Part shown: one piece after another, positions 52,411 to 60,386 of the stretch
Layout: each line of letters starts with the position of its first letter
Position numbering within the stretch: the stretch's first letter is position 1
Origin: Roseovarius sp.
GTDB taxonomy: Bacteria > Pseudomonadota > Alphaproteobacteria > Rhodobacterales > Rhodobacteraceae
Length of the DNA stretch: 64,000 nucleotides
Direction of reading: 5' to 3'
Assembly: GCA_043555235.1 (NCBI GenBank)
Contig: CP121311.1
Coordinates: forward strand, 1,128,857 to 1,192,856
Notes under the pieces: model-generated
The model's database searches: none
Told to the model about the DNA's origin: nothing
What the model saw: the letters and a program-made list of their open reading frames with translations, nothing else
Position numbers and translations under genes: made by a program

Positions 52411-52995
52411 TCAAAGGGCGCGCATCCAGAATTGTAGCGGATGGTCAGTTTCCTCGGCCGTGTCGAGATCTTTCCACTTGAAATGCGCCACGGCACCGGA
52501 AAGCTTTTCATAGCCCCGCTTGCGCCAGAAGGCGTCAAGCGGTCGGTAATCGGCAGGACGAAGCGGATGGTTGTCGGGGCGGACGACACCGCAAAACGCG
52601 GCATGGCGGCGCCCCAGGTCTCGGGCGTGTGCCTCGCGCGCGTCAAAAAAGGCATGTCCGATCCCATGCCCGCGATAGGCAGGCAAAAGCACGCTTTCGG
52701 CGCAATAAAAGATATCCTCGGGCCTGATCGCCTGCCCCGCGAAGGCCGCACCGAAATCATCGGCGTGCTCTTCCATCGGCGCGCCCGTAGAGGCCCCAAT
52801 CAACTGCGTGCCATCGAACGCACCGACGAGAATCGCGCCGGGGCTGTCGCGATAGGTTTGCAGATAGCGTCGCTCATAATCCGCGTCGCCATAATACAAG
52901 TAAGGCCAGGCACGGAACACCTCGATCCGCAGGCGCGCTACCTCGTCCAGCGCCGCCTCCAGCGCATCGCCACGCAGAACCCTTGTCTCGATCAT
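52411..52995 (-). CDS. GNAT family N-acetyltransferase
   Basis: VFRAWPYLY, YCAESVLLPAYRGHGIG, FWRKRGY. Confidence 0.9.
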   Translation of the reverse strand: MIETRVLRGDALEAALDEVARLRIEVFRAWPYLYYGDADYERRYLQTYRDSPGAILVGAFDGTQLIGASTGAPMEEHADDFGAAFAGQAIRPEDIFYCAESVLLPAYRGHGIGHAFFDAREAHARDLGRRHAAFCGVVRPDNHPLRPADYRPLDAFWRKRGYEKLSGAVAHFKWKDLDTAEETDHPLQFWMRAL

Positions 52996-53008
52996 GTCGC
53001 GCCCCGCC

Positions 53009-53407
53009 TCAGCCGACCTGCCGCATCCAGTCGGCCAGGTTGTAATAGGTCACGACACGGGTGATCTTGCCGTCTTCCAGCGAAAAGAACGAGCCCGCCG
53101 GCAGCCGATAGGTCTGGCCCTTTGCCTCTGGCAGGCCCTCGTCGGTTTCGAGGTAAGTCCCGTTGACCACGAATTCAGCGGCGGCACGGGTGCCGTTCTC
53201 GGCTTCGAAGATCACCATGTCGTTCAGGGTCTCGCGGTAGCAGCGGCTCATATGCGCACAAAAGCTGCGGAAGGCGTCCTTGCCGGTACGCACCTGCCCC
53301 TCGTTCACGTGATGCGCCACGTTGTCGTCGAGACAGGCCAGCATGGCGTCGGTGTCGCCGGTATTGAAGGCGTCGAAATAGGTTTTGATCGTGGAAATGG
53401 CGGTCAT
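53009..53407 (-). CDS. Ketosteroid-isomerase-like (SnoaL/NTF2) protein
   Basis: YFDAFN, HHVNEG, RAAAEFVVNG, GKITRVVTYYN. Confidence 0.88.
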   Translation of the reverse strand: MTAISTIKTYFDAFNTGDTDAMLACLDDNVAHHVNEGQVRTGKDAFRSFCAHMSRCYRETLNDMVIFEAENGTRAAAEFVVNGTYLETDEGLPEAKGQTYRLPAGSFFSLEDGKITRVVTYYNLADWMRQVG

Positions 53408-53408
53408 G

Positions 53409-53864
53409 TCAGTCCTCTGGTTCGCCCCATCTGTGCTTGAGATGGGTCATGATCTGGTCGCGCGTCTGGCGGTAGGCGTTGAGCTTGGCCTCACGCGTCT
53501 CGCCAAGCCCCGTGGGGTCCATGATCGGCCAATAGACCACTTCGAGGTGGAAGACGCGGGTCAGCTCAAGCGCCCGGCGCTGGCTGGCAGGGCTGAGGGC
53601 CACAACCAGATCGAAAGAGCTGAGATCGTCACCCCATTCCTCCATCTCGTCAAAGCTGCGCGCGCGGTGGCGCGACAGCTCCACCCCCATTTCCTCGCAG
53701 ACGGCGATGGAGAACCCGTCGATATCCATGTCGCCCATCACCCCGACGGATTGCACATACGTGTCTGCGCCATAGAGCTTTTTCATGATCCCCTCGGCCA
53801 TGGGCGAGCGGACGGCGTTGTGATCACAACAAAAGAGCACCGATTGCGGCAGGGGCTCGGCCAT
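53409..53864 (-). CDS. Low-molecular-weight phosphatase / ArsC-like protein
   Basis: VLFCCDHNAVRSPMAEG P-loop; DPTG. Confidence 0.9.
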   Translation of the reverse strand: MAEPLPQSVLFCCDHNAVRSPMAEGIMKKLYGADTYVQSVGVMGDMDIDGFSIAVCEEMGVELSRHRARSFDEMEEWGDDLSSFDLVVALSPASQRRALELTRVFHLEVVYWPIMDPTGLGETREAKLNAYRQTRDQIMTHLKHRWGEPED

Positions 53865-53869
53865 GCGCC

Positions 53870-54349
53870 TCAGCTCCCGAAATGCAGCACGCAGATCAGC
53901 GTGAAAAGCCGACGCGCGGTGTCGTTGTCGACCTTCGCCTTACCCTCCAGCCGCTCTTCGAGCACGCGCGCGCCCTCGTTGTGGATGCCGCGCCGAGCCA
54001 TGTCAATGGTCTCGATCTGGCTGGGGGGCATGTTCTTCACGGCATCGAAATAGCTCTCACAGATGGTCCAGTAATCCTTGACCACCTGCCGGAAGGGCGA
54101 CAGCGACAGATGAAACTCCGCCGCGGGCTGGTCATCCTCGGTGCGGATATCGAAAACGAGGCGCTTCTCGCGGATCGACAGACCCACGCGGTAGGGGCCA
54201 TCGGGCGTGATTCGATCATCGCGCGGCGGCAGGGAAAACGAGTTTTCCTCGATCAGGTCGAACATCGCGACCTTGCGCTCCTGCTCGATCTCGGGCGTGG
54301 GGGGCGGCAGGTTGGCGTCGTCAAGTTCGATATGGCAAATGCGGCTCAT
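53870..54349 (-). CDS. UPF0262 family protein
   Basis: EQERKVAMFDL, IETIDMARRGIHNEG, ARRLFTLICVLH. Confidence 0.92.
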   Translation of the reverse strand: MSRICHIELDDANLPPPTPEIEQERKVAMFDLIEENSFSLPPRDDRITPDGPYRVGLSIREKRLVFDIRTEDDQPAAEFHLSLSPFRQVVKDYWTICESYFDAVKNMPPSQIETIDMARRGIHNEGARVLEERLEGKAKVDNDTARRLFTLICVLHFGS

Positions 54350-54431
54350 GGGGCTGTCTCTTGCATGGTCCTGCCAACCCCTAGCGCAGAGCGTGCAGCC
54401 GGGCAATCCGGCAGATGCCGGATCGTGCCAA

Positions 54432-54457
54432 AGGGTGGGCAATTTTGCCCACCCTAC
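54432..54457 (-). repeat. GTAG REP at the RAYT 3' end
   Basis: Minus strand GTAG GGTGGGC AAAATT GCCCACC; its TAG is the RAYT stop codon. Confidence 0.9.
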
Positions 54458-54987
54458 TCGCCAAAGCGCCCGTCCTGCTGGCCGCCGGTCCAGTCCGGCG
54501 GGACAAGGCCCTTGCCGATCTCGCGATGAATGGAGGAATGCGGCCAGTCGGCGGGCCGCGGGACCAGCCCGTGCCTGACGGGATTGCCCCAGCAAACGGA
54601 CACGTGCCGCCGATAATCCGCATCATCGCGGATCACATGTTCCCAGAACCGGCGCTGCCAGATGCCGCATTCGCGCTTGGAGACCTTGCTGGCGGGCAGG
54701 TGTAACGGGCGATGCGCCCGGTCCACGGCGCGTGAAAACCGTGCCTTTATCTTGCGCCAGCGTTCCGAATAGGCGCTGTCGCCCAATGGCAGGGTCCAGA
54801 CCGCATGGAGGTGATCGGGCAGCACGACAATCGCCTCGCAGCGCACCGGCATGTCACGGATCGTGGCGGCATAGGCGGCCCGCAGATCATGGATGTGGCT
54901 GATCAACAGATCAGATCCACGGTCCTGAAGGGCCAGAGTGAAAAAATACGTGGCACCGGGCGGGCGCAGGCGGCGATAATTTGGCAT
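54454..54987 (-). CDS. REP-associated tyrosine transposase (RAYT, HUH/Y1 family)
   Basis: MPNYRR, TYFFT, VLPDHLH (HUH), WQRRFWEHVIRD, NPVRHG; flanked by inverted REPs. Confidence 0.93.
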   Translation of the reverse strand: MPNYRRLRPPGATYFFTLALQDRGSDLLISHIHDLRAAYAATIRDMPVRCEAIVVLPDHLHAVWTLPLGDSAYSERWRKIKARFSRAVDRAHRPLHLPASKVSKRECGIWQRRFWEHVIRDDADYRRHVSVCWGNPVRHGLVPRPADWPHSSIHREIGKGLVPPDWTGGQQDGRFGE

Positions 54988-55031
54988 GTCGCCACCATAG
55001 CGGACCGATGATTAACGCCAGGCTAACGCGT

Positions 55032-55055
55032 GTAGGGTGGGCAATCCTGCCCACC
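55032..55055 (+). repeat. GTAG REP upstream of the RAYT
   Basis: GTAG GGTGGGC AATCCT GCCCACC. Confidence 0.9.
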
Positions 55056-55062
55056 TTGCGCC

Positions 55063-56367
55063 TTACCCTTCGTTGAGACGGTTGAGCCGTGCACGCACGC
55101 TCAGCCCATGCGCCTCCAGGCTTTCGGAAATCGCCAGCGTTTCCGCCGCCGGGCCGATCGCCTTGAGCGCCTCGGGCGTCATCCGCGCCATCGTCGTCTT
55201 CTTCATGAAATCCAGCACGTTGAGCCCGCTGGAAAACCGCGCAGAGCGCGCCGTGGGCAGCACATGGTTCGGCCCGCCCACATAGTCGCCGATGGCCTCT
55301 GGCGTCCATGCCCCCAGGAACATCGCGCCCGCATGGTGGATCTTCGCCGCCAACCCTTCGGCATCCGCAACGCACAGTTCCAGATGTTCCGCTGCGATCC
55401 GGTTGGCCAGATCCGCCGCGACCTCAAGATCCGGCACGGTTATCACCGCGCCGAAATCACGCCAGCTTGCGCCCGCGATCTCGCGCCGTTCCAGCGTGGT
55501 CAGGTTGCGCTCGATGGCGACCTGCACCGCCTTGCCCATCGCCGCATCATCAGTGATCAGGATGGCCTGCGCGCTTTCGTCATGTTCGGCCTGGCTGAGC
55601 ATATCCAGTGCGATCCATTCGGGATCGTTATCACGATCCGCGATCACCAGAATTTCGGACGGGCCAGCGATCATGTCGATGCCCACCCGCCCAAAGACGC
55701 GGCGCTTGGCCGCCGCCACATAGGCGTTGCCCGGCCCGGTGATCTTGTCCACCGGCGGGATGGTCTCTGTCCCGTAGGCCAGCGCCGCGATGGCCTGTGC
55801 GCCGCCTACACGGTAGATCTCGTCAACCCCCGCAAGCCTTGCGGCCAGCAGGACCAGCGGATTGGCCACGCCACCCGGCGTCGGCACGGTAATGGCCAGC
55901 CGTTCCACCCCGGCGACCTTGGCGGGGACCGCGTTCATCAGCACCGACGACGGGTAGGACGCCAGCCCGCCCGGCACGTAAAGCCCGGCCGCGCCCACTG
56001 CCGACCAGCGCCAGCCAAGCACAGCGCCCGTGTCCTCTGTCCAACTGGCATCTTCGGGCAATTGCCGCTCGTGGTAATCCCGGATGCGCGCCGCGGCCAA
56101 TTCCAGCGCCTCGCGCTCATGCGCGGGCACCTGAGCGATCAGCGCATCGACCTCGGCCACGGAAAACCGCAGCGTCTCTGGTGTCAGCGTCAGGCGGTCG
56201 AACCGTTCCGTCAGCTCGATCAGCGCCGCATCGCCGCGCTTGCGCACATCCGAGATGATCGCGGCCACGGCCTCGTCCACATCCGGGCTGTCCTCGCGCT
56301 TGGCGCTCAACAGGGCGCGGAACCGCGCATCGAACTCGGGATCGGTGGCATCAAGAAAGACTGGCAT
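55063..56367 (-). CDS. hisD: Histidinol dehydrogenase
   Basis: GLYVPGG, GPGNAYVAAAK, IDMIAGPSE, SQAEHD, AEHLEL, GGPNHVLPT. Confidence 0.97.
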   Translation of the reverse strand: MPVFLDATDPEFDARFRALLSAKREDSPDVDEAVAAIISDVRKRGDAALIELTERFDRLTLTPETLRFSVAEVDALIAQVPAHEREALELAAARIRDYHERQLPEDASWTEDTGAVLGWRWSAVGAAGLYVPGGLASYPSSVLMNAVPAKVAGVERLAITVPTPGGVANPLVLLAARLAGVDEIYRVGGAQAIAALAYGTETIPPVDKITGPGNAYVAAAKRRVFGRVGIDMIAGPSEILVIADRDNDPEWIALDMLSQAEHDESAQAILITDDAAMGKAVQVAIERNLTTLERREIAGASWRDFGAVITVPDLEVAADLANRIAAEHLELCVADAEGLAAKIHHAGAMFLGAWTPEAIGDYVGGPNHVLPTARSARFSSGLNVLDFMKKTTMARMTPEALKAIGPAAETLAISESLEAHGLSVRARLNRLNEG

Positions 56368-56466
56368 CGCGAACACTCCTTGCTGAGCCGTCCTTTAAAT
56401 CGTCCCGCGCGCGGCCTCAACCCGGCGCGCGGCGCGGCAAAATGGGCACCTGGCCCGCCTGCGGCC

Positions 56467-57231
56467 TTATCGCCCCGCGACCGTCTTGCTGTATTCAGCC
56501 ATGATGCGGACCCCGCCCGCAGAGCCATCCTCAAGCAATTGTCGGTAAAAGCTCGTCGCGCCCGCGCAATACGCCTCGGGCAGGTCTGTCCGGACGTCCA
56601 GAAACGCGCGGATCGCTGTCTCTGCCTGAGCGTCGGTCGCGATCCAATCCTTGATGAACAGCTCCCAATCGGCCTCGTCCGGCGGCGCGCGGGGGGTGGG
56701 CGCGTCCTGCCCCGCGACCATTGCCTGGAACTGCGTCAGAATCATCACACGCATTTTGTCCTGATCCAGCGCCGCCTGTTCGAATCGCGACAGGGCCGCC
56801 AGCCCACCGGCAGCCAGCCGCGTGCAAAGCTCGGGATCGGCGCGCACGGAGTGCAGCACGTCAAGCTCTGTTTGTTGCAACTCCAGCAACATGGCTTCGG
56901 GGGCCTGCGCGATCAAAGCGGCATTCTCGCGGCGAAGCGTATCGGTAAAATCGCGGTTGAGCGCCATCACCTGCTGCCCCTTGTGCGCCTGCGCCAGCCG
57001 CGGATCGCTCATGATTTCGAGGGTCTGGTCGCGGTGCGCCTTCATGCGCTCGGGAAATCGGTCTTCGATCAACTCGAACAGGGCGTCAAAGCTTTGCACG
57101 GAGAGTTCGGCTTCGATTTCCTCGCGGGTCATGCCGGCGCCGGACCCGCCTTCGGTGGTTGTGAAATACTGCATAACGAAAAATGCCAGCGCGATGCCGG
57201 CAGGTATCAAAACGTAAAACGAAAATTTCAT
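56467..57231 (-). CDS. Hypothetical membrane-anchored helical protein
   Basis: 254-aa ORF in operon orientation, N-terminal TM helix, GGAG SD; no recognised motif. Confidence 0.7.
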   Translation of the reverse strand: MKFSFYVLIPAGIALAFFVMQYFTTTEGGSGAGMTREEIEAELSVQSFDALFELIEDRFPERMKAHRDQTLEIMSDPRLAQAHKGQQVMALNRDFTDTLRRENAALIAQAPEAMLLELQQTELDVLHSVRADPELCTRLAAGGLAALSRFEQAALDQDKMRVMILTQFQAMVAGQDAPTPRAPPDEADWELFIKDWIATDAQAETAIRAFLDVRTDLPEAYCAGATSFYRQLLEDGSAGGVRIMAEYSKTVAGR

Positions 57232-57367
57232 CGGGGAGACCCCTTACTCGTACTCTGTCACATCCTACCACAAGTCACCCATCAAAGCGGGCCTGTCCGC
57301 GCACACGGCCCGGACCGGGTGTGGCGGTTCAGGTCAAACGACCTGTCGGCGCATGACGCGAAACGCC

Positions 57368-57838
57368 TTATCCGCCATGATCGGGTGCCTTGCCCGATGG
57401 TGCGCGATAGGGCCGCGTGACATCGCGAAGCGTCACGTCCAGCGCCTCGACCCGCGCCCGGATCGCGCCATCCCCGGCCAATGTCAGGATGACATGGCCC
57501 GCGCCGTCCTCCTCGGGCTCAAAGGTCAGCGACAGCACCGATAGCACGACATCGCGTTCGTTGCGGTCGATCCCTGTGCTGGCCACGCCAAGAACATCGT
57601 CGATCACCAAAACCGAACGCACCCGTTCCGGCCCGTGCCGCGTGCGGCCCTCATCCTCCCAGCGAAAGCGGTTGAGCAAAAAGGCCAGCCGCCGCGCACC
57701 GGTGCGCCACTGCATGTCCGTGATTGTCAGAACCGCGTCCTGCACCAGCGAAGAGATCACCTTCAGATCCTCGGCATCCAGCGCACCAAGGTTCAGGGCA
57801 CGTTCGCGCCCCTCTTCGAAACGTGCATCACGGCTCAT
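57368..57838 (-). CDS. DUF2948 family protein
   Basis: [29 protein letters not shown]; overlaps the murA stop. Confidence 0.9.
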   Translation of the reverse strand: MSRDARFEEGRERALNLGALDAEDLKVISSLVQDAVLTITDMQWRTGARRLAFLLNRFRWEDEGRTRHGPERVRSVLVIDDVLGVASTGIDRNERDVVLSVLSLTFEPEEDGAGHVILTLAGDGAIRARVEALDVTLRDVTRPYRAPSGKAPDHGG

Positions 57839-59103
57839 GTTTCGCGCACCCTTTCGATCCTGGCACCCACCGCGGACAGCTTTTCCTCGACCCGCTCATA
57901 GCCGCGATCAAGGTGATAGACGCGGTTGACCTGTGTCTCGCCCTCGGCGGCAAGCCCGGCCAGGATAAGCGAGACGCTTGCCCGCAGATCGGTGGCCATC
58001 ACCGGCGCGGCTTTCAGGCGCTCCACCCCGGTCACCGTCGCGGTGCCGCCCTGTACGTCGATACGCGCACCCATGCGCATCAGTTCCGGGGCATGCATGA
58101 AACGGTTCTCGAAGATTTTCTCCTCCAGCACGGATGTCCCTTCGGCGGTACACATAAGCGCCATCATCTGCGCTTGCAGATCGGTGGGAAAGCCGGGGAA
58201 AGGCTCTGTCGTGACGTTCACTGCACGCACCCGGTCGCCGCGCCGCCGCACCTTGAGGCCAAGCGCGGTTTCTTCGACCTCGATACCCGCCTCGTCCAGT
58301 TTTTCGCAAAACGCGCCGACCAGCGCCAGCCGCCCGCCAAGGCATTCGACCTCGCCGCCGCAGATCGCCGGGGCCAGCATGTAGGTGCCCAGCTCGATCC
58401 GGTCGGGCACGACCGGGTGCGTGGCCCCGTGCAGCCGGTCAACCCCCTGCACGGTGATCTCATGCGTGCCCTCACCGTCGATATGCGCGCCCATCTTGCG
58501 CAGGCAGCGAGCCAGATCGACAATCTCAGGCTCGCGGGCGGCGTTGTTGAGCACGGTCGTGCCACAGGCCAGCGTCGCAGCCATGAGGGCGTTTTCCGTC
58601 GCGCCCACGGACACGAAAGGAAACTCAAAGATCCCGCCTTTCAGCCCGCCGGGTGCCTTTGCATGGACATAGCCCTCGCGCAATTCCAGCTCCGCGCCCA
58701 TCGCCTCCAGCGCCTTGAGATGCAGATCGACGGGGCGCGCGCCGATGGCACAGCCACCCGGCAGCGACACCACCGCATGTCCATCGCGCGCCAGCATCGG
58801 CCCAAGCACCAGGATGGAGGCGCGCATCTTGCGCACGATGTCGTAGTCGGCCACGTGATTGTCGAGCGCATGGGACGACAGCGCCAGAACCTGCCCGCCC
58901 TGCATCTGCGTGACCTCGGCCCCGAGCGACTGCAACAGCGTTGTCATGGTCTTGATGTCACTCAGCCGCGGCGCGTTGGTCAGCGTCAGCGGCTCGTCGC
59001 TCAGAAGCGTGGCCGGCATCAGCGTGAGACACGCGTTTTTCGCCCCGGCAATCGGTATGCTGCCGCTCAGCGGGCCATTGCCCGTCACGATGATCGAATC
59101 CAT
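57835..59103 (-). CDS. murA: UDP-N-acetylglucosamine 1-carboxyvinyltransferase
   Basis: [39 protein letters not shown]. Confidence 0.99.
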   Translation of the reverse strand: MDSIIVTGNGPLSGSIPIAGAKNACLTLMPATLLSDEPLTLTNAPRLSDIKTMTTLLQSLGAEVTQMQGGQVLALSSHALDNHVADYDIVRKMRASILVLGPMLARDGHAVVSLPGGCAIGARPVDLHLKALEAMGAELELREGYVHAKAPGGLKGGIFEFPFVSVGATENALMAATLACGTTVLNNAAREPEIVDLARCLRKMGAHIDGEGTHEITVQGVDRLHGATHPVVPDRIELGTYMLAPAICGGEVECLGGRLALVGAFCEKLDEAGIEVEETALGLKVRRRGDRVRAVNVTTEPFPGFPTDLQAQMMALMCTAEGTSVLEEKIFENRFMHAPELMRMGARIDVQGGTATVTGVERLKAAPVMATDLRASVSLILAGLAAEGETQVNRVYHLDRGYERVEEKLSAVGARIERVRET

Positions 59104-59111
59104 CTGCCCTC

Positions 59112-59273
59112 TCAGTCCTCAGTTCTTGTCTTTGTTTTAGTTGCTTCGGCCCCACCCTTGCCACGCGCCTGTGCCTTGCGCCGGGCAAGATTCGCCTTCA
59201 GCGCCGCCTTGAGCCGCGCGTCGCGCTCTTGTGCGGTCTTGGAGGGGCCTGATTTGGGGGGGTGCTCACTCAT
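59112..59273 (-). CDS. Small basic protein (53 aa) upstream of murA
   Basis: Hand translation [38 protein letters not shown]...TED; below the ORF-track cutoff. Confidence 0.7.
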   Translation of the reverse strand: MSEHPPKSGPSKTAQERDARLKAALKANLARRKAQARGKGGAEATKTKTRTED

Positions 59274-59317
59274 GCCCGCTTACCTACAGCACCGTGCAAA
59301 AAGCGTCCAGATAAGGC

Positions 59318-59346
59318 TTGCACGGGCGTGTCATCCAGTCTAATCA
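59318..59346 (+). promoter_or_regulatory. Probable tRNA promoter
   Basis: TTGCAC-N17-TAATCA. Confidence 0.45.
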
Positions 59347-59361
59347 CCCCGCCACGGCGGC

Positions 59362-59436
59362 GCTGCTGTAGCTCAGTGGTAGAGCGCACCCTTGGTAAGG
59401 GTGAGGTCGGGAGTTCAATCCTCCCCAGCAGCACCA
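59362..59436 (+). tRNA. tRNA-Thr(GGT)
   Basis: 75-nt cloverleaf GCTGCTG...CAGCAGCACCA; anticodon stem CACCC-TTGGTAA-GGGTG; GTTCAA T-loop; encoded CCA. Confidence 0.97.
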
Positions 59437-59666
59437 GAAAACCCCATGTTATCTGTGGGTTGCAGTGAAATATGAAAAAAGGCTGCGGTTAACTTTGCCA
59501 AGCGTGCTGGCCATCTGCACAGGTTGGTGATGAAACTTCGCACAAATTCCGCATAGTATCCTCCAAACCCGGGATGCCCTCGTGAGCAATGGGATTTCTG
59601 CCCGGTTGGAGCAGTTGCATATTGGCTTATGGGCCAGCGACGGTTCGACAAACAAAAGCTCCACTT

Positions 59667-59760
59667 AACGCTAACCTCTGACATGGATGCCTCGCGTTTG
59701 CTGTTGGTTTCATCCAACATGGCACATTGCCATGCCGTCGAGTGGGGGCATCCACTCCAT
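59667..59760 (-). mobile_element. Left end and first codons of an IS110-family (IS1111-like) element
   Basis: ATGGAGTGGATGCCCCCAC...GAGGCATCC-ATG (59684) MSEVS, resembling MSEVSxIGLDLAK transposase starts, then divergence; recognised from memory. Confidence 0.55.
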
Positions 59761-59783
59761 CAGGTCAAAGGCGGAACGATTTA
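59760..59783 (-). repeat. Isolated MITE terminal inverted repeat
   Basis: TAAATCGTTCCGCCTTTGACCTGA, 22/24 identical to the right TIR at 2542-2565. Confidence 0.75.
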
Positions 59784-59798
59784 GTTGATCTCTACTAC

Positions 59799-59896
59799 AC
59801 CGTCCTCCCTGCGCTCCCGGTAAACGTGAATTGCATCACGCAAATCAAGCGCATCACGTCGGCCACAGCCTGGCCTTGCGACATCAACCAATCGAC
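59799..59896 (-). pseudogene. IS3-family orfA remnant
   Basis: VDWLMSQGQAVADVMRLICVMQFT-YRERRE with a frameshift, resembling VDVLxSQGxSVADAxRxIGVTQFTYYRWRKE. Confidence 0.6.
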
Positions 59897-59914
59897 CGTC
59901 ACCATGCGTCTTGA

Positions 59915-59998
59915 TCAAGCGGCTTTTGCAATCCGGATCCGATCGGATTTGATGAACGCCTTGGCGAAGTCGATGAGCTTGCGCATGATCGCAGCAAG
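59915..59998 (-). pseudogene. IS110 transposase C-terminal remnant
   Basis: LAAIMRKLIDFAKAFIKSDRIRIAKAA-stop followed by TCAAGACG; AIMRKL motif. Confidence 0.6.
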
Positions 59999-60386
59999 GC
60001 TTCCGGTGTCGACGCGTGGGAAGGGCAAGTGGTATCACTGTGAATGTGGTATTGCAGCCTGATGGCCTGACCCATACTATTATTGACTACGTGTCATTGG
60101 GCTGGAAAGGCCCGGTCGCCTTCAAACGAAAAGTAGACTATGCGCACTCGCGTAATGGTACGAATACGTGGCGAGTCCAGTTCGCCGCGACATCTGCAAG
60201 AGCGCATTCTCGATCAATTTTAAGCGCGTGGGTCGGGGTAACGAATGCCTCCGCTCATGCTCAATCATTTGGCACAGTCATAAGGCCAAATGCGATTGCT
60301 CTGAACAGCATTATCGTGTTTGTGGACTCTGTGTAAATTTCCTTCTATGCGTCTTCTTGATTTGTTCAGAACATTGAGATTGAAAC

